Positions 35,727-44,197 of a stretch of DNA of 64,000 nucleotides are shown one piece after another (positions within the stretch are counted from its first letter, which is position 1; each line of letters opens with the position of its first letter). Source of the stretch: Streptosporangiaceae bacterium (GTDB lineage: Bacteria > Actinomycetota > Actinomycetes > Streptosporangiales > Streptosporangiaceae); NCBI GenBank assembly GCA_036510065.1, contig DATCEO010000112.1, forward strand, positions 66,720 through 130,719, read 5' to 3'. The notes under the pieces were generated by a model. The model saw only the letters and a list, made by a program, of their open reading frames with translations, was not told where the DNA came from and ran no database searches. The position numbers and the translations under genes were made by a program.

Positions 35727-36619
35727 CCGCGCCCGTCGTGCCGCTGGGGGCCGCCGGCGACGGTGCGTCGGCCGCTGCCGAGGCCCTCGCCGCGGTGAGC
35801 CGGCACCTTGACCGGTGCAAGCTGGCAGCCCGCACCGTCAGGGCCTACAAGCGGCAGTCCGCCGCGTACGCCGACTGGCTGGCCGCGCACGCTGCCGATC
35901 ACGGCGACGCGTTCACCGGCCTGGTCGGCGTCGAGGGAGCCGTCACCGCCTGGAAGCGGGACCTGATCACCGGCCGGTCCAGCCCGGCGACGGTCAGCCA
36001 GGCGCTGGCCGCCGTCACCCTGATGTACCAGCAGGCCGGCCTCCGCATCGGCGTCAAGCGGGTGCGCATCCCCAGGCCCGGCGAGCCCGACGCGCTCACT
36101 CCCCAGCAGGAGGCCGCCCTCCGCCGCGCGGCCGCCCGGCGCGGCCCCCGCGACGCCGCGATCATCGCCGTGCTGCTGGACGCCGGCGCGCGAGCCGGAA
36201 AGTGCGCCCGCCTGGACGCCGAGGACTTCGCGATCACCGCCACACCGGCGAGGTCCGCCTGCACGGCAAGGGCGACGAGGTCCGCTTCGTCCCGCTGTCC
36301 CGGCGCCCCGGACCTGGCCCCGGCCTGGCTGGACATGCGGGACCGCGATCCCGGCCCCGCATGGACAGGGCAGCGCGGCCCCCTTACGATCTCCGGCATC
36401 ACCCAGGTCGTGCTCGCCGCCGGCGCCGACGCCGGCATCAAGGGCCTGCGACCCCACCGCTGCCGGCACACCTTCGCCACGCGCCTCCGCCAGGGCGGAG
36501 CCGACCCCGCCCAGGTCCAGGCCATGCTCGGACACAAATCCATCGACACAGCGGCCCGGTACTTCCGCTCCGGATCAGCCGGGAACGCCGCCGTCATCGA
36601 GCGCATATTCGACCGCTGA
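35723..36619 (+). CDS. tyrosine recombinase/integrase, with a probable pair of compensating frameshifts (about 36240 and 36300)
   Basis: RTVRAYKRQSAAY (core-binding domain), ARAGKCARLD, HRCRHTFAT, LGHKSIDTAARYF. The conserved segment EVRLHGKGDEVRFVPLS is encoded in a different frame between about 36243 and 36298. Confidence 0.75.
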   Translation: MTAPVVPLGAAGDGASAAAEALAAVSRHLDRCKLAARTVRAYKRQSAAYADWLAAHAADHGDAFTGLVGVEGAVTAWKRDLITGRSSPATVSQALAAVTLMYQQAGLRIGVKRVRIPRPGEPDALTPQQEAALRRAAARRGPRDAAIIAVLLDAGARAGKCARLDAEDFAITATPARSACTARATRSASSRCPGAPDLAPAWLDMRDRDPGPAWTGQRGPLTISGITQVVLAAGADAGIKGLRPHRCRHTFATRLRQGGADPAQVQAMLGHKSIDTAARYFRSGSAGNAAVIERIFDR

Positions 36620-36652
36620 CCAGCCGACCACCAGTAAGTCACCGCGGTGTCT

Positions 36653-36734
36653 ATCGACCCACATCCGAACCAGAGTGGGCGGTAACGCGGCGGCGCACGG
36701 CCCGCTAGCGCCCAAAACGGTTCCATTGTGGGCC
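36653..36734. repeat. right 82-bp terminal inverted repeat of the mosaic island
   Basis: Reverse complement of 20568..20649 (70/82 identical). Confidence 0.8.
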
Positions 36735-36780
36735 AAGCCCCGATGCCGGTAACGGTGCTGTCACGAGCCCCACATGCCGG

Positions 36781-36933
36781 TTAGGTGGCTGCTCGAGCCT
36801 GGATGCGGTCGAGGGCGTGATGGACGGTCGAGCGGCCGATGGAGAAGAGCTCGGCGAGCTCGGCGCGGGCCGGTGGGCGCCGCGGCAGCTGGGCATAGCC
36901 GGTACCGATGGATCGTTCTATGTCCCCGCTCCT
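36781..36933 (-). pseudogene. start-less HTH-domain remnant (recombinase/regulator C-terminus-like)
   Basis: A 51-codon open stretch ...ARAELAELFSIGRSTVHHALDRIQARAAT* with no ATG/GTG/TTG. Lies just outside the right inverted repeat. Confidence 0.25.
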
Positions 36934-36995
36934 CCGCTATGACACCCACCTGGGGCTCGCGGGGAGGTGCGACACGAGCCGCTTCATTAGGCTGG

Positions 36996-37772
36996 TCACG
37001 CGTCCCGCAGGCGGAGTATCAGTCCGCCGGTTAGCAGGGCCCCTGCGGCCCAGGCGGCGAGTACGCCGAGGCCCGCCCATGGGCTGATGGGCAGGTTGCG
37101 CAGGCCGGTGGTGGCCTGGATGGCCAGCCCGGCTGTCATCGGCCCGATCTGCTGGATGTGCCGTGCCAGATGCGAGTTGTTGACGACGGCACCGACGATC
37201 GGGAAGAGGTAGAGCAGCCCCAGGACTATCCCGATGGTCATCGCGGAGTCCCGCACGGCGGCGGCGACGCCGAGGCTCAGCAGGGCGATCAGGGCTAGGT
37301 AGAGGACCGAGCCGAAGGCAGCGCGCAGCACCGGACCGTCGGCTAGGGACAGCAGCGGGTAGCCGTGTGCGGGACTGATGCCGCGGCCGGGCAGGATGAG
37401 CCGCCCGGCCAGCAGGGACGCAACGACGGCGATGGTTCCGGTTATCAGGACTGGGCCGGTGAGAATTGCTGCCTTGGCGGCCAGGACGGTGACCCGGCGG
37501 GGCATCGCCACCAGGGTGGTGCGGATCATCCCGGTGCTGTATTCGCTGCTGATGACCAGGACGGCCACGATGGCGATGACGACCTGGCCGAGGGAGATCC
37601 CGGTGAGGCTGATCTTGGCAGGGTCTTCGGCGCAGTGCCCGGACGGGCACGTGACGGCCGCGGCCGCCGCGGCGCTCACAGTCGCGGTCAGCGCGATGGC
37701 GGCGAGCAGCAGCCATCCGGTGCTGGCGAGGGTGCGCAGCTTCGTCCATTCCGCGTGCAGTGCCTGTCTCAT
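36996..37772 (-). CDS. ABC-2 family transporter permease
   Basis: MRQALHAEWTKLRTL... with six TM segments. ATGA overlap with the upstream permease stop. The ORF-track extension to 38204 was rejected. Confidence 0.8.
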   Translation of the reverse strand: MRQALHAEWTKLRTLASTGWLLLAAIALTATVSAAAAAAVTCPSGHCAEDPAKISLTGISLGQVVIAIVAVLVISSEYSTGMIRTTLVAMPRRVTVLAAKAAILTGPVLITGTIAVVASLLAGRLILPGRGISPAHGYPLLSLADGPVLRAAFGSVLYLALIALLSLGVAAAVRDSAMTIGIVLGLLYLFPIVGAVVNNSHLARHIQQIGPMTAGLAIQATTGLRNLPISPWAGLGVLAAWAAGALLTGGLILRLRDA

Positions 37773-39346
37773 GCGTCCCTCCTGCGCAGCAGGAAGCCGG
37801 CCAGTGCCAGCGCGAGTGCGGCGTAGCCGCAGAGAACGGCGAGGCCGGCCCAGGGTGCCAGGGGGTAATAGCCCCACATCGGCGTGTAGGTGCTGCTCAC
37901 TTGCGCGTACTGCGGAATGGTCTGCTGGATGGCGAAGCCGGCAGCCGGTGTGAGCCGCAGCAGCCACTGCGCGGTGCCGGCGGGCAGGCCGGAGGACGTC
38001 GCGAGGATGTAGGGCAGGACGATCGCGGTGATGACGACGGTCACCGCCCCGGCGCTGTGCCGCAGGATGGCGCCGATGCCGAGGGCGAAGACGGCGGCCA
38101 CGGCGAGCAGCGCCGCGGTGCCGGCTATCACGCGCAGCTCGGTAAGCGCTGTCACCGGGAATATGGCATAGCCGTTGGCGCGCAGGAACCGGTCTCCGAG
38201 CCACACCGCGGCGGAGGCGCCGGCTAGCCCGGCGACGAAGGTGACGGCGCCGAGGACGAGGGCCTTGGCCGCCAGGACCCGGCCGCGCCGCGGGCTCGCG
38301 GCGAGGGTGACGCGGATCAGGCCCCGCCGGTACTCGGCGGTGATAAGCAGGACGCCCACCACGACCACTGCGATCAGCCCGGCGAACGCGCCTACGAGGG
38401 CGCGGTCGATGGTCTTGGCGCCGTCGGCGTTTTCTCCGCTCACGGCAGGCGCTATGTCGCCCGAGCCGGTAACGGTGAAACTGCTGCCAGCCTGGTGCGA
38501 CCCGGCCGTGGCCGCGATGGGGTAGGTGCTGGTGCTGCCTCCTGCGAAGGCACTGATCCAGGCGCCGCTGGGCCAGCCTCCGTGCAGGCTGACCCGGTCG
38601 AAGGTGGCGGTGGCCGAGGTGGGGTCATCGGTTCCGCTTCCTCCGGTGAGTTGCTGAGCCGGGGGCGGCGCGTATTGCGGGGAGGTGGCAAAGAGCCCGG
38701 CCTGCACGGTCGGTGGTAGCCCGGCCAGGTGCACGGTGCCGACCCTGGCCCAGTGAGTGCCGTCGCCGGAGTCGTAGCCGGTGAGGGTGTCACCGGCGCG
38801 GGTCAGCCGCAGCCAGCGCGGGGATGCCGCAGACACGCTGCCCGCGCTGCCGGCCATGTCCTGGGTGTAGTTGTACTGCATCCGCACCCCATGGCCGCCG
38901 GTGACCATGATCGCCGCGTACGCCGATCCTTGCCTGCTGCTCTCGGTGACAATGAGCCCGGCCTTCGACCACGGCTGCAAGCCGGGCCGCGTAGGCGCAT
39001 GCGGGGGCCCGCTCAGCTGGATCACGCCGGCCAATGAGGTGACGCGCACGGTGATGCTGCCGTCTCCGGACAACGGCCGGTGCACGAAGTAGAAGCTGTC
39101 TGTCACCGCTTCGCCGTCCGGCCCCGCCGGGATGACAGGATGACAAACAGCACCGAAGCAACCGTTGTGGCTATTGAGCCCGGTCAGCACCCCGATCAGC
39201 ACGGTCACCAGCATCGCGGCGGCGGCGCCGATGACCCAGCCGCGAACCGTCCGGAACTTGGTCCACTCGGCATGCAGCAGCTGCGCGAAGCCGGCGTGCC
39301 CGGTTGGCGCGGCCGGCCGGTACGGGGTAATCGTGGGTCTGGTCAT
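37769..39346 (-). CDS. ABC-2 family permease with a large extracytoplasmic beta-sandwich (ConA/LamG/DUF1349-like) domain
   Basis: N-terminal TM, then an ectodomain of about 270 aa (GDGSITVRVTS..., WSKAGLIVTESSRQGSAYAAIMVTGGHGVRMQYN, PRWLRLTRAGDTLTGYDSGDGTHWARVG, VQAGLFATSP), then a five-TM ABC-2 core. Confidence 0.78.
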   Translation of the reverse strand: MTRPTITPYRPAAPTGHAGFAQLLHAEWTKFRTVRGWVIGAAAAMLVTVLIGVLTGLNSHNGCFGAVCHPVIPAGPDGEAVTDSFYFVHRPLSGDGSITVRVTSLAGVIQLSGPPHAPTRPGLQPWSKAGLIVTESSRQGSAYAAIMVTGGHGVRMQYNYTQDMAGSAGSVSAASPRWLRLTRAGDTLTGYDSGDGTHWARVGTVHLAGLPPTVQAGLFATSPQYAPPPAQQLTGGSGTDDPTSATATFDRVSLHGGWPSGAWISAFAGGSTSTYPIAATAGSHQAGSSFTVTGSGDIAPAVSGENADGAKTIDRALVGAFAGLIAVVVVGVLLITAEYRRGLIRVTLAASPRRGRVLAAKALVLGAVTFVAGLAGASAAVWLGDRFLRANGYAIFPVTALTELRVIAGTAALLAVAAVFALGIGAILRHSAGAVTVVITAIVLPYILATSSGLPAGTAQWLLRLTPAAGFAIQQTIPQYAQVSSTYTPMWGYYPLAPWAGLAVLCGYAALALALAGFLLRRRDA

Positions 39347-40275
39347 TTCGTGGCCTCCCTGGCCGGCGCGGCGCGGTACTCGGCCGCGTCCCGGGTGAGT
39401 TCCATGTAGGCCTCCTCCAGCGTCGCCCGGTGCGCCGACACCTGCGAGAACGGCACCGCGCTGTCACCGAGCAGTTCCACAATCCGCTCCGCGGCAAGCC
39501 CGGAGATGGTGAGAGTGTCGCGGCCGGTAGCCGCCACGGTGGCGCCCGCGTGCGCCAGCACCGTCATCGCCTCCGAGCGGGCGCTGGTCCGCAGCGTGAC
39601 CTGGTCACCGGACGCGGCCGCGATCAGTTCCTCCACGCTGGTGTCGGCGATCACCTTGCCGCGGCCGACCACCACCAGATGATCCGCGGTGTCCTCCAGC
39701 TCGCTCATCAGGTGGCTGGAGACCAGCACCGCGCGGCCCTGCGCGGCCAGGGACCGCAAGAAGCCCCGCATCCAGACGATGCCCTCGGGATCCATGCCGT
39801 TGAACGGCTCGTCCAGCATCAGCACCGGCGGGTCGCCGAGCAGCGCCGCCGCGATCCCCAGCCGCTGCCGCATGCCCAGGGAGTAACCGCCGGCCTTGCG
39901 CCGGGCCGCCGACTCCAGCCCGGCCTGCCCGATCACCTCATCGACCCGCCGGGCGGTCAGACCCTGGGAGTGGGCCAGCCACATTAGGTGGTTACGGGCA
40001 GTCCGGCTGGGCTGCAGCGCGGCGCCATCCAGCAGCGACCCGACGTGGCTGAGCGGGTGCCGCAGCGTCTGGTAGGGGCGCCCGCCGACCAGCGCGGCGC
40101 CTTCATCGGCCGCGTCCAGGCCCACGATCACCCGCATCGTGGTGGACTTGCCCGCGCCGTTCGGGCCGACGAACCCGGTGAGCTGGCCCGGCAGGGCGGT
40201 GAACGACATCCCGTCCAGTGCCACGATCGGCCCGAAGCGCTTATGCAGGCCACTGACCTCGATAGTTGCTTCCAT
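39343..40275 (-). CDS. ABC transporter ATP-binding protein
   Basis: Walker A GPNGAGKST, signature YSLGMRQRL, Walker B LMLDEPFNGMD. Confidence 0.92.
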   Translation of the reverse strand: MEATIEVSGLHKRFGPIVALDGMSFTALPGQLTGFVGPNGAGKSTTMRVIVGLDAADEGAALVGGRPYQTLRHPLSHVGSLLDGAALQPSRTARNHLMWLAHSQGLTARRVDEVIGQAGLESAARRKAGGYSLGMRQRLGIAAALLGDPPVLMLDEPFNGMDPEGIVWMRGFLRSLAAQGRAVLVSSHLMSELEDTADHLVVVGRGKVIADTSVEELIAAASGDQVTLRTSARSEAMTVLAHAGATVAATGRDTLTISGLAAERIVELLGDSAVPFSQVSAHRATLEEAYMELTRDAAEYRAAPAREATK

Positions 40276-40434
40276 GCCAGAAGGCTAGGGAAAGAGGGCA
40301 CGCAAGGTCGTCACGCTGGGGAGCGGTCTTCGCCGTCGCTGGCACGAGGGAACATCCGCTGCCGCGCATCCCTCTTGCGGGGGACAGCGGTGTCCCTGGC
40401 CAGGGGGACGCCAGCGCTCCGGCCAGCGGCGACA

Positions 40435-41529
40435 ATGGCCTACGTGGGAACAGCGAGTGACGGGCACGGCGGATGGGCCGATGCGGGACAGCGGATCGCC
40501 ACGTCCCCGCGCGCCCCGGCCGCCGCCGTGGCGCTGCTGGGGCTGGCCGCGGTGACCGAAGCGGTCACGCGGTCCGCGGCCGCCAGCGTAAGCGGGCAGC
40601 CCCTGGTGCTCAGCCTGCTGGCCGAGCTCACCGTCCTGTACCGGCTCGGCCGCACCGGCCCGCAGCGCCGCGGCGCCCAGCTCCTGGCCGTGGGGCTTGC
40701 CGCCCCGTTCCTGGTGCTGGCGCTTGCCGACCCTCGTTCCGGAGGCTCTGAGCAAGGGATCCTCACCGTGCTGCTGGCTTCGCTGGCCCCGGCGGCAGCG
40801 CTGGCCGGGATCGCCGTGCGGGCACGCCGCGAGGCACTGATGCACAGCGCCGCCCGGCAGGCCATCGCGAGCACCCTGATGGAACACACCGCGCGCGGGG
40901 AACGGGCTCGCATCGCCCGCGAGCTCCACGATGTCGTCGCCCACCACATTTCCATGATCGCTGTGCAGGCGGAGACGGCCCGGCTTGCCACCCCCGGAAT
41001 GCCGGCCGCCGGCGCGCAGCGGCTGGCCGAGATTGGCGACACCGCCCGGGCAGGCCTGACCGAGATGCGGCGGCTGCTCGGCGTCCTCCGAGAGGATGCC
41101 GATGCCGATGCCGCGGACCGGCAGCCGCAGCCGGGCCTGCGGCAGCTCAACGAACTGCTCGACAACGCAAGGGACACCACCGGCGCTAGCGCCCGCCTCA
41201 TCGTCTCCGGCCCCCCGGCCACGCTCGACCCCGGTGTCGAACTCGCCGCCTACCGCATCATCCAGGAAGCCCTCACCAACGCCCGCCGCCACGCCCCGGG
41301 CGCCGCCATCGACGTGGAACTGCGCTACACAAATGACACCCTGCGGCTGCGCATCCGCGACAACGGGCCCGGGCCGCCAGCCGCCGCAGCGCACGGCAGC
41401 AGCCACGGGCTGGCAGGCATACGTGAACGCGCCGCAGCCGCCGGCGGCGAACTGCGCACCAGCCCAGCACCCGGCGGCGGCTTCCTGATCGAGGCCACGC
41501 TGCCGGCCAAAGGCGAGGCGGCCGCATGA
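40435..41529 (+). CDS. sensor histidine kinase (HisKA_3 / NarL-partner type)
   Basis: TM-rich N-terminus, H-box ERARIARELHDVVAHHISMIAVQAE, and HATPase region IIQEALTNARRHAPG...DNGPG...GHGLAGIRERA. Start is approximate. Confidence 0.85.
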   Translation: MAYVGTASDGHGGWADAGQRIATSPRAPAAAVALLGLAAVTEAVTRSAAASVSGQPLVLSLLAELTVLYRLGRTGPQRRGAQLLAVGLAAPFLVLALADPRSGGSEQGILTVLLASLAPAAALAGIAVRARREALMHSAARQAIASTLMEHTARGERARIARELHDVVAHHISMIAVQAETARLATPGMPAAGAQRLAEIGDTARAGLTEMRRLLGVLREDADADAADRQPQPGLRQLNELLDNARDTTGASARLIVSGPPATLDPGVELAAYRIIQEALTNARRHAPGAAIDVELRYTNDTLRLRIRDNGPGPPAAAAHGSSHGLAGIRERAAAAGGELRTSPAPGGGFLIEATLPAKGEAAA

Positions 41530-42217
41530 ACACTCCGCCCCCCCGGGTCCGGATCATCGTCGCCGACGACCACCATGTGGTGCGCACCGGCTTCGCCGCA
41601 CTGCTCGACACCCAGCCAGACTTCAGCGTCATCGGCACCGCCCGCGACGGGGCCGAGGCGTGCGGGTCTGCCGCGACCTCTCCCCCGACGTCGTCCTCAT
41701 GGACGTGCGCATGCCCGGCATGGACGGCATCGAGGCCACCCGGCAGCTCGCCAGCGCCGGCCCGGGCGGCCCGCGGATCCTCATCCTGACCACCTTCGAC
41801 CTGGACCAGTACGTCTATGACGCGCTGCGCGCCGGCGCCAGCGGTTTCCTGCTCAAGGACGCCACCGCCGAGCGGCTCTTCGACGCCGTGCGGGTCATCG
41901 CCGCCGGCGACGCGCTGCTCGCCCCGGCCGTCACCCGCCGCCTCATCAGCGATTTCACCCGACTCCGGCCACCGCCGGACGCCCCGCCCGCAGCCGTGCT
42001 CGCAGAGCTCACCCCGCGCGAGACCCAGGTCCTCCGGCTGATAGCCGCAGGCCTGTCCAACCCCGAGATAGCCGCACGGCTGGTAGTCACCGAAGAAACC
42101 GTCAAGACGCACGTCAGCCGCATCCTCAGCAAGCTCGGCCTGCGAGACCGGACCCAAGCAGTCGTTACCGCCTACGAAACCGGGCTGGTCGTGCCGCACT
42201 CCCGCGAGCCGGGATAG
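41526..42217 (+). pseudogene. NarL/LuxR-family response regulator with an apparent 1-nt frameshift near 41660
   Basis: The receiver N-terminus RVRIIVADDHHVVRTGF...GTARDGAEA is in frame 1. VRVCRDLSPDVVLMDVRMPGMDG... and the LuxR HTH (LTPRETQVLRLIAAGLSNPEIAARLVVTEETVKTHV) are in frame 2. The two parts join perfectly if one G is added at GAGGCG^TGCGG. Confidence 0.75.
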
Positions 42218-42306
42218 TCCCGGCCAATCTCCGCCGGGGACAGGGCGCCGGTCGCATTAAGTAAGCATCCGGGCTGGGGCGCGGACGGAGGCGCGGAGCG
42301 AGGGCG

Positions 42307-44163
42307 TTACTCGGTCTGTGCGATTAGCTGGCGGGCTTGCTGCGCCTGCCCGATCAGGGACAGGGCGAGCACGGCGCCCACGCCCTCGCCCGCGCGCAGC
42401 CGCAGGTCCAGCAGGGGCTCCAGGCCGAGCGCGTCCAGCACGCGCTGGTGCGCGGGCTCGGCGCTCAGGTGCCCGGCAACGAGGTGATCTTGGACCTGCG
42501 GGCGGTGACGCACCGCCACCAGCGCGCTGACGCTGGTCAGCAGGCCATCGAGGATCACCAGGCCGCCGGCCGCGGCCGCGCCCAGGCAGGCTCCGGTGAG
42601 GAACGCCTGCTCGGGTCCGCCGATCCCGGCCAGCAGATCCTCAACATCGCCGCGGGCCAGCCGGCCGGGCGGCGGCCGCCGGCCGCCCATCCGGGCCAGC
42701 GCCTGGGTGAGGACGCCCTGCTTGCGGGCCACGATGGTGGAGTCGCTGCCGGCGCCGCGGCCGGCTACCAGGTCAGGCGTCGCTTCCAGCAGGGCCGCGG
42801 CCAGCGCCGCGGCGACGGTCGTGTTGCCGATGCCGACCTCGCCCAGGGCCACGGGGCCGACGGCGGCCAGCTCGCGGCCCGCCTGCTCGCCCGCGGCCAG
42901 CAGCCCGGCCACGGCGTCCCGCTCCAGAGCGTCGGCACTGGCCAGGTCGCCCCGCGCGCCGGCCGGCCGGGCATCTTGCCAGCCCTGGATCTCCTCGCCG
43001 TCGATCCCGCAGTCGACCAGGCGGACGCGCAGCCCGGCGGCGCGGGCCATGGCCGCCCCCTGACCCTGCCCGGCGGCGAGCGCGCGGGCGACCAGGCGGG
43101 TGGTGCTGCGCGGGAACGCGCTGACGCCCAGGCCGGCGACCGGGTGATCGGCGGCGGCGATGAGCAGGGTGCCGGCCCGGCCGCCGACGGCGGCAGCCGG
43201 GAAGCCGGGCACGGACCCGGCGCGCAGCAGGGTGTCACCGAGCAGCCCGAGCGAGCCGGGCGCGGCCAGCAGCCGGTCCTCGCTGTCGCGGGTCCGGACG
43301 CGCGCGATCGCGGTAGCGGCGGTCGGGGCCCCGGTGGTCGGGGGCGCTGGGGAGGCGGTGGCCGGGGCCGCGGTCATGGCGGCGGCCGGGGCCGCGGGGG
43401 AGCGGTCCCGGGGCGCAGCCGGGGCCGCGGCCTCCGGCCAGCGATCGGCGACGATGACGTCGGCCAGCGGAAGCCGACTGGACCAGCCGTGCCGCTCCAG
43501 CCCCGGGGCCGGCGGCCGCTCGTCCGGCCAGCCCAGGCACAGCCAGCCCAGCGTTACCACGTCCTCGGGCAGGTGCAGCAGCGCTGCCAGCTCGGCCGGA
43601 TCAAACAGGGTGACCCAGCCCAGGCCCAGCCCGTGAGCCCGGGCGGTCAGCCAGATGTTCTCGATGGCGCAGGCGCACGACCACAGGTCGGTGTCGGGGA
43701 AGGTGGCCCGGCCCAGAACGCCCGTCGGCCGGGCGCGCCGGTCGCAGCAGACCACGATGCCCACCGGGGCCTCGCGGATGCCGTCGAGCTGCAGGCTGCG
43801 CAGGTGGCGGGCGCTGTCGGGATCGAGCTGCCGCGCCTGGGCCAGGCGGGCCCGGTCGGCCATCACCGCCGCGGTGGCCCGCAGGGCGCGGTCGGCCACC
43901 ACGATAAACCGCCACGGCTGAGAGTGCCCGACACTCGGCGCCGCGTGCCCGGCCGCGAGCACCTGCGCCACGATCTCGTCACTGACCGGATCGGGCCGGA
44001 ACCGGCGGACGTCGCGGCGCCCGGCGATGACCTCCCGCAGCGCCGCCTGAGTGGCCGGCGAGAGGGCCCAGCTCGCCGGGTCGCTGGCGCGCTCGGCGCT
44101 GCTGGTCGCGTCCCCGATCAGCGGCCGGGGGCGGGGCCACCGCATCGGCGTCTCGGCCGTCAT
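42307..44163 (-). CDS. bluB/cobT: BluB-CobT fusion: 5,6-dimethylbenzimidazole synthase fused to nicotinate-nucleotide--DMB phosphoribosyltransferase
   Basis: The N-terminal half has BluB-type nitroreductase motifs (RRDVRRFRPDP, APSVGHSQPWRF, LQLDGIREAP, GWVTLF, WLCLGW, RLPLADV). A Pro/Ala-rich linker follows. The C-terminal half has CobT motifs (GEVGIGNTT, GGPEQAFLTGACLGAA, LRAGEGVGAV). Confidence 0.85.
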   Translation of the reverse strand: MTAETPMRWPRPRPLIGDATSSAERASDPASWALSPATQAALREVIAGRRDVRRFRPDPVSDEIVAQVLAAGHAAPSVGHSQPWRFIVVADRALRATAAVMADRARLAQARQLDPDSARHLRSLQLDGIREAPVGIVVCCDRRARPTGVLGRATFPDTDLWSCACAIENIWLTARAHGLGLGWVTLFDPAELAALLHLPEDVVTLGWLCLGWPDERPPAPGLERHGWSSRLPLADVIVADRWPEAAAPAAPRDRSPAAPAAAMTAAPATASPAPPTTGAPTAATAIARVRTRDSEDRLLAAPGSLGLLGDTLLRAGSVPGFPAAAVGGRAGTLLIAAADHPVAGLGVSAFPRSTTRLVARALAAGQGQGAAMARAAGLRVRLVDCGIDGEEIQGWQDARPAGARGDLASADALERDAVAGLLAAGEQAGRELAAVGPVALGEVGIGNTTVAAALAAALLEATPDLVAGRGAGSDSTIVARKQGVLTQALARMGGRRPPPGRLARGDVEDLLAGIGGPEQAFLTGACLGAAAAGGLVILDGLLTSVSALVAVRHRPQVQDHLVAGHLSAEPAHQRVLDALGLEPLLDLRLRAGEGVGAVLALSLIGQAQQARQLIAQTE

Positions 44164-44197
44164 GATGCCTCGGTCATCATGATGCCTCGGTCATCAT
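44160..44197 (-). promoter_or_regulatory. tandem 17-nt duplication of the bluB-cobT initiation region, creating two mini-uORFs (MMTEAS)
   Basis: The minus strand reads ATGATGACCGAGGCATC twice, then ATGACGGCCGAG (the gene start). The second uORF stop overlaps the main ATG as ATGA. Confidence 0.6.

Larger units (their letters stand above)
20568..36734. mobile_element. 16.2-kb mosaic island derived from Tn3-family and other mobile elements
   Basis: Bounded by the 82-bp inverted repeats. Contains tnpA fragments, recombinases, a nested transposon, group II intron RT pieces and cargo modules. Confidence 0.65.
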
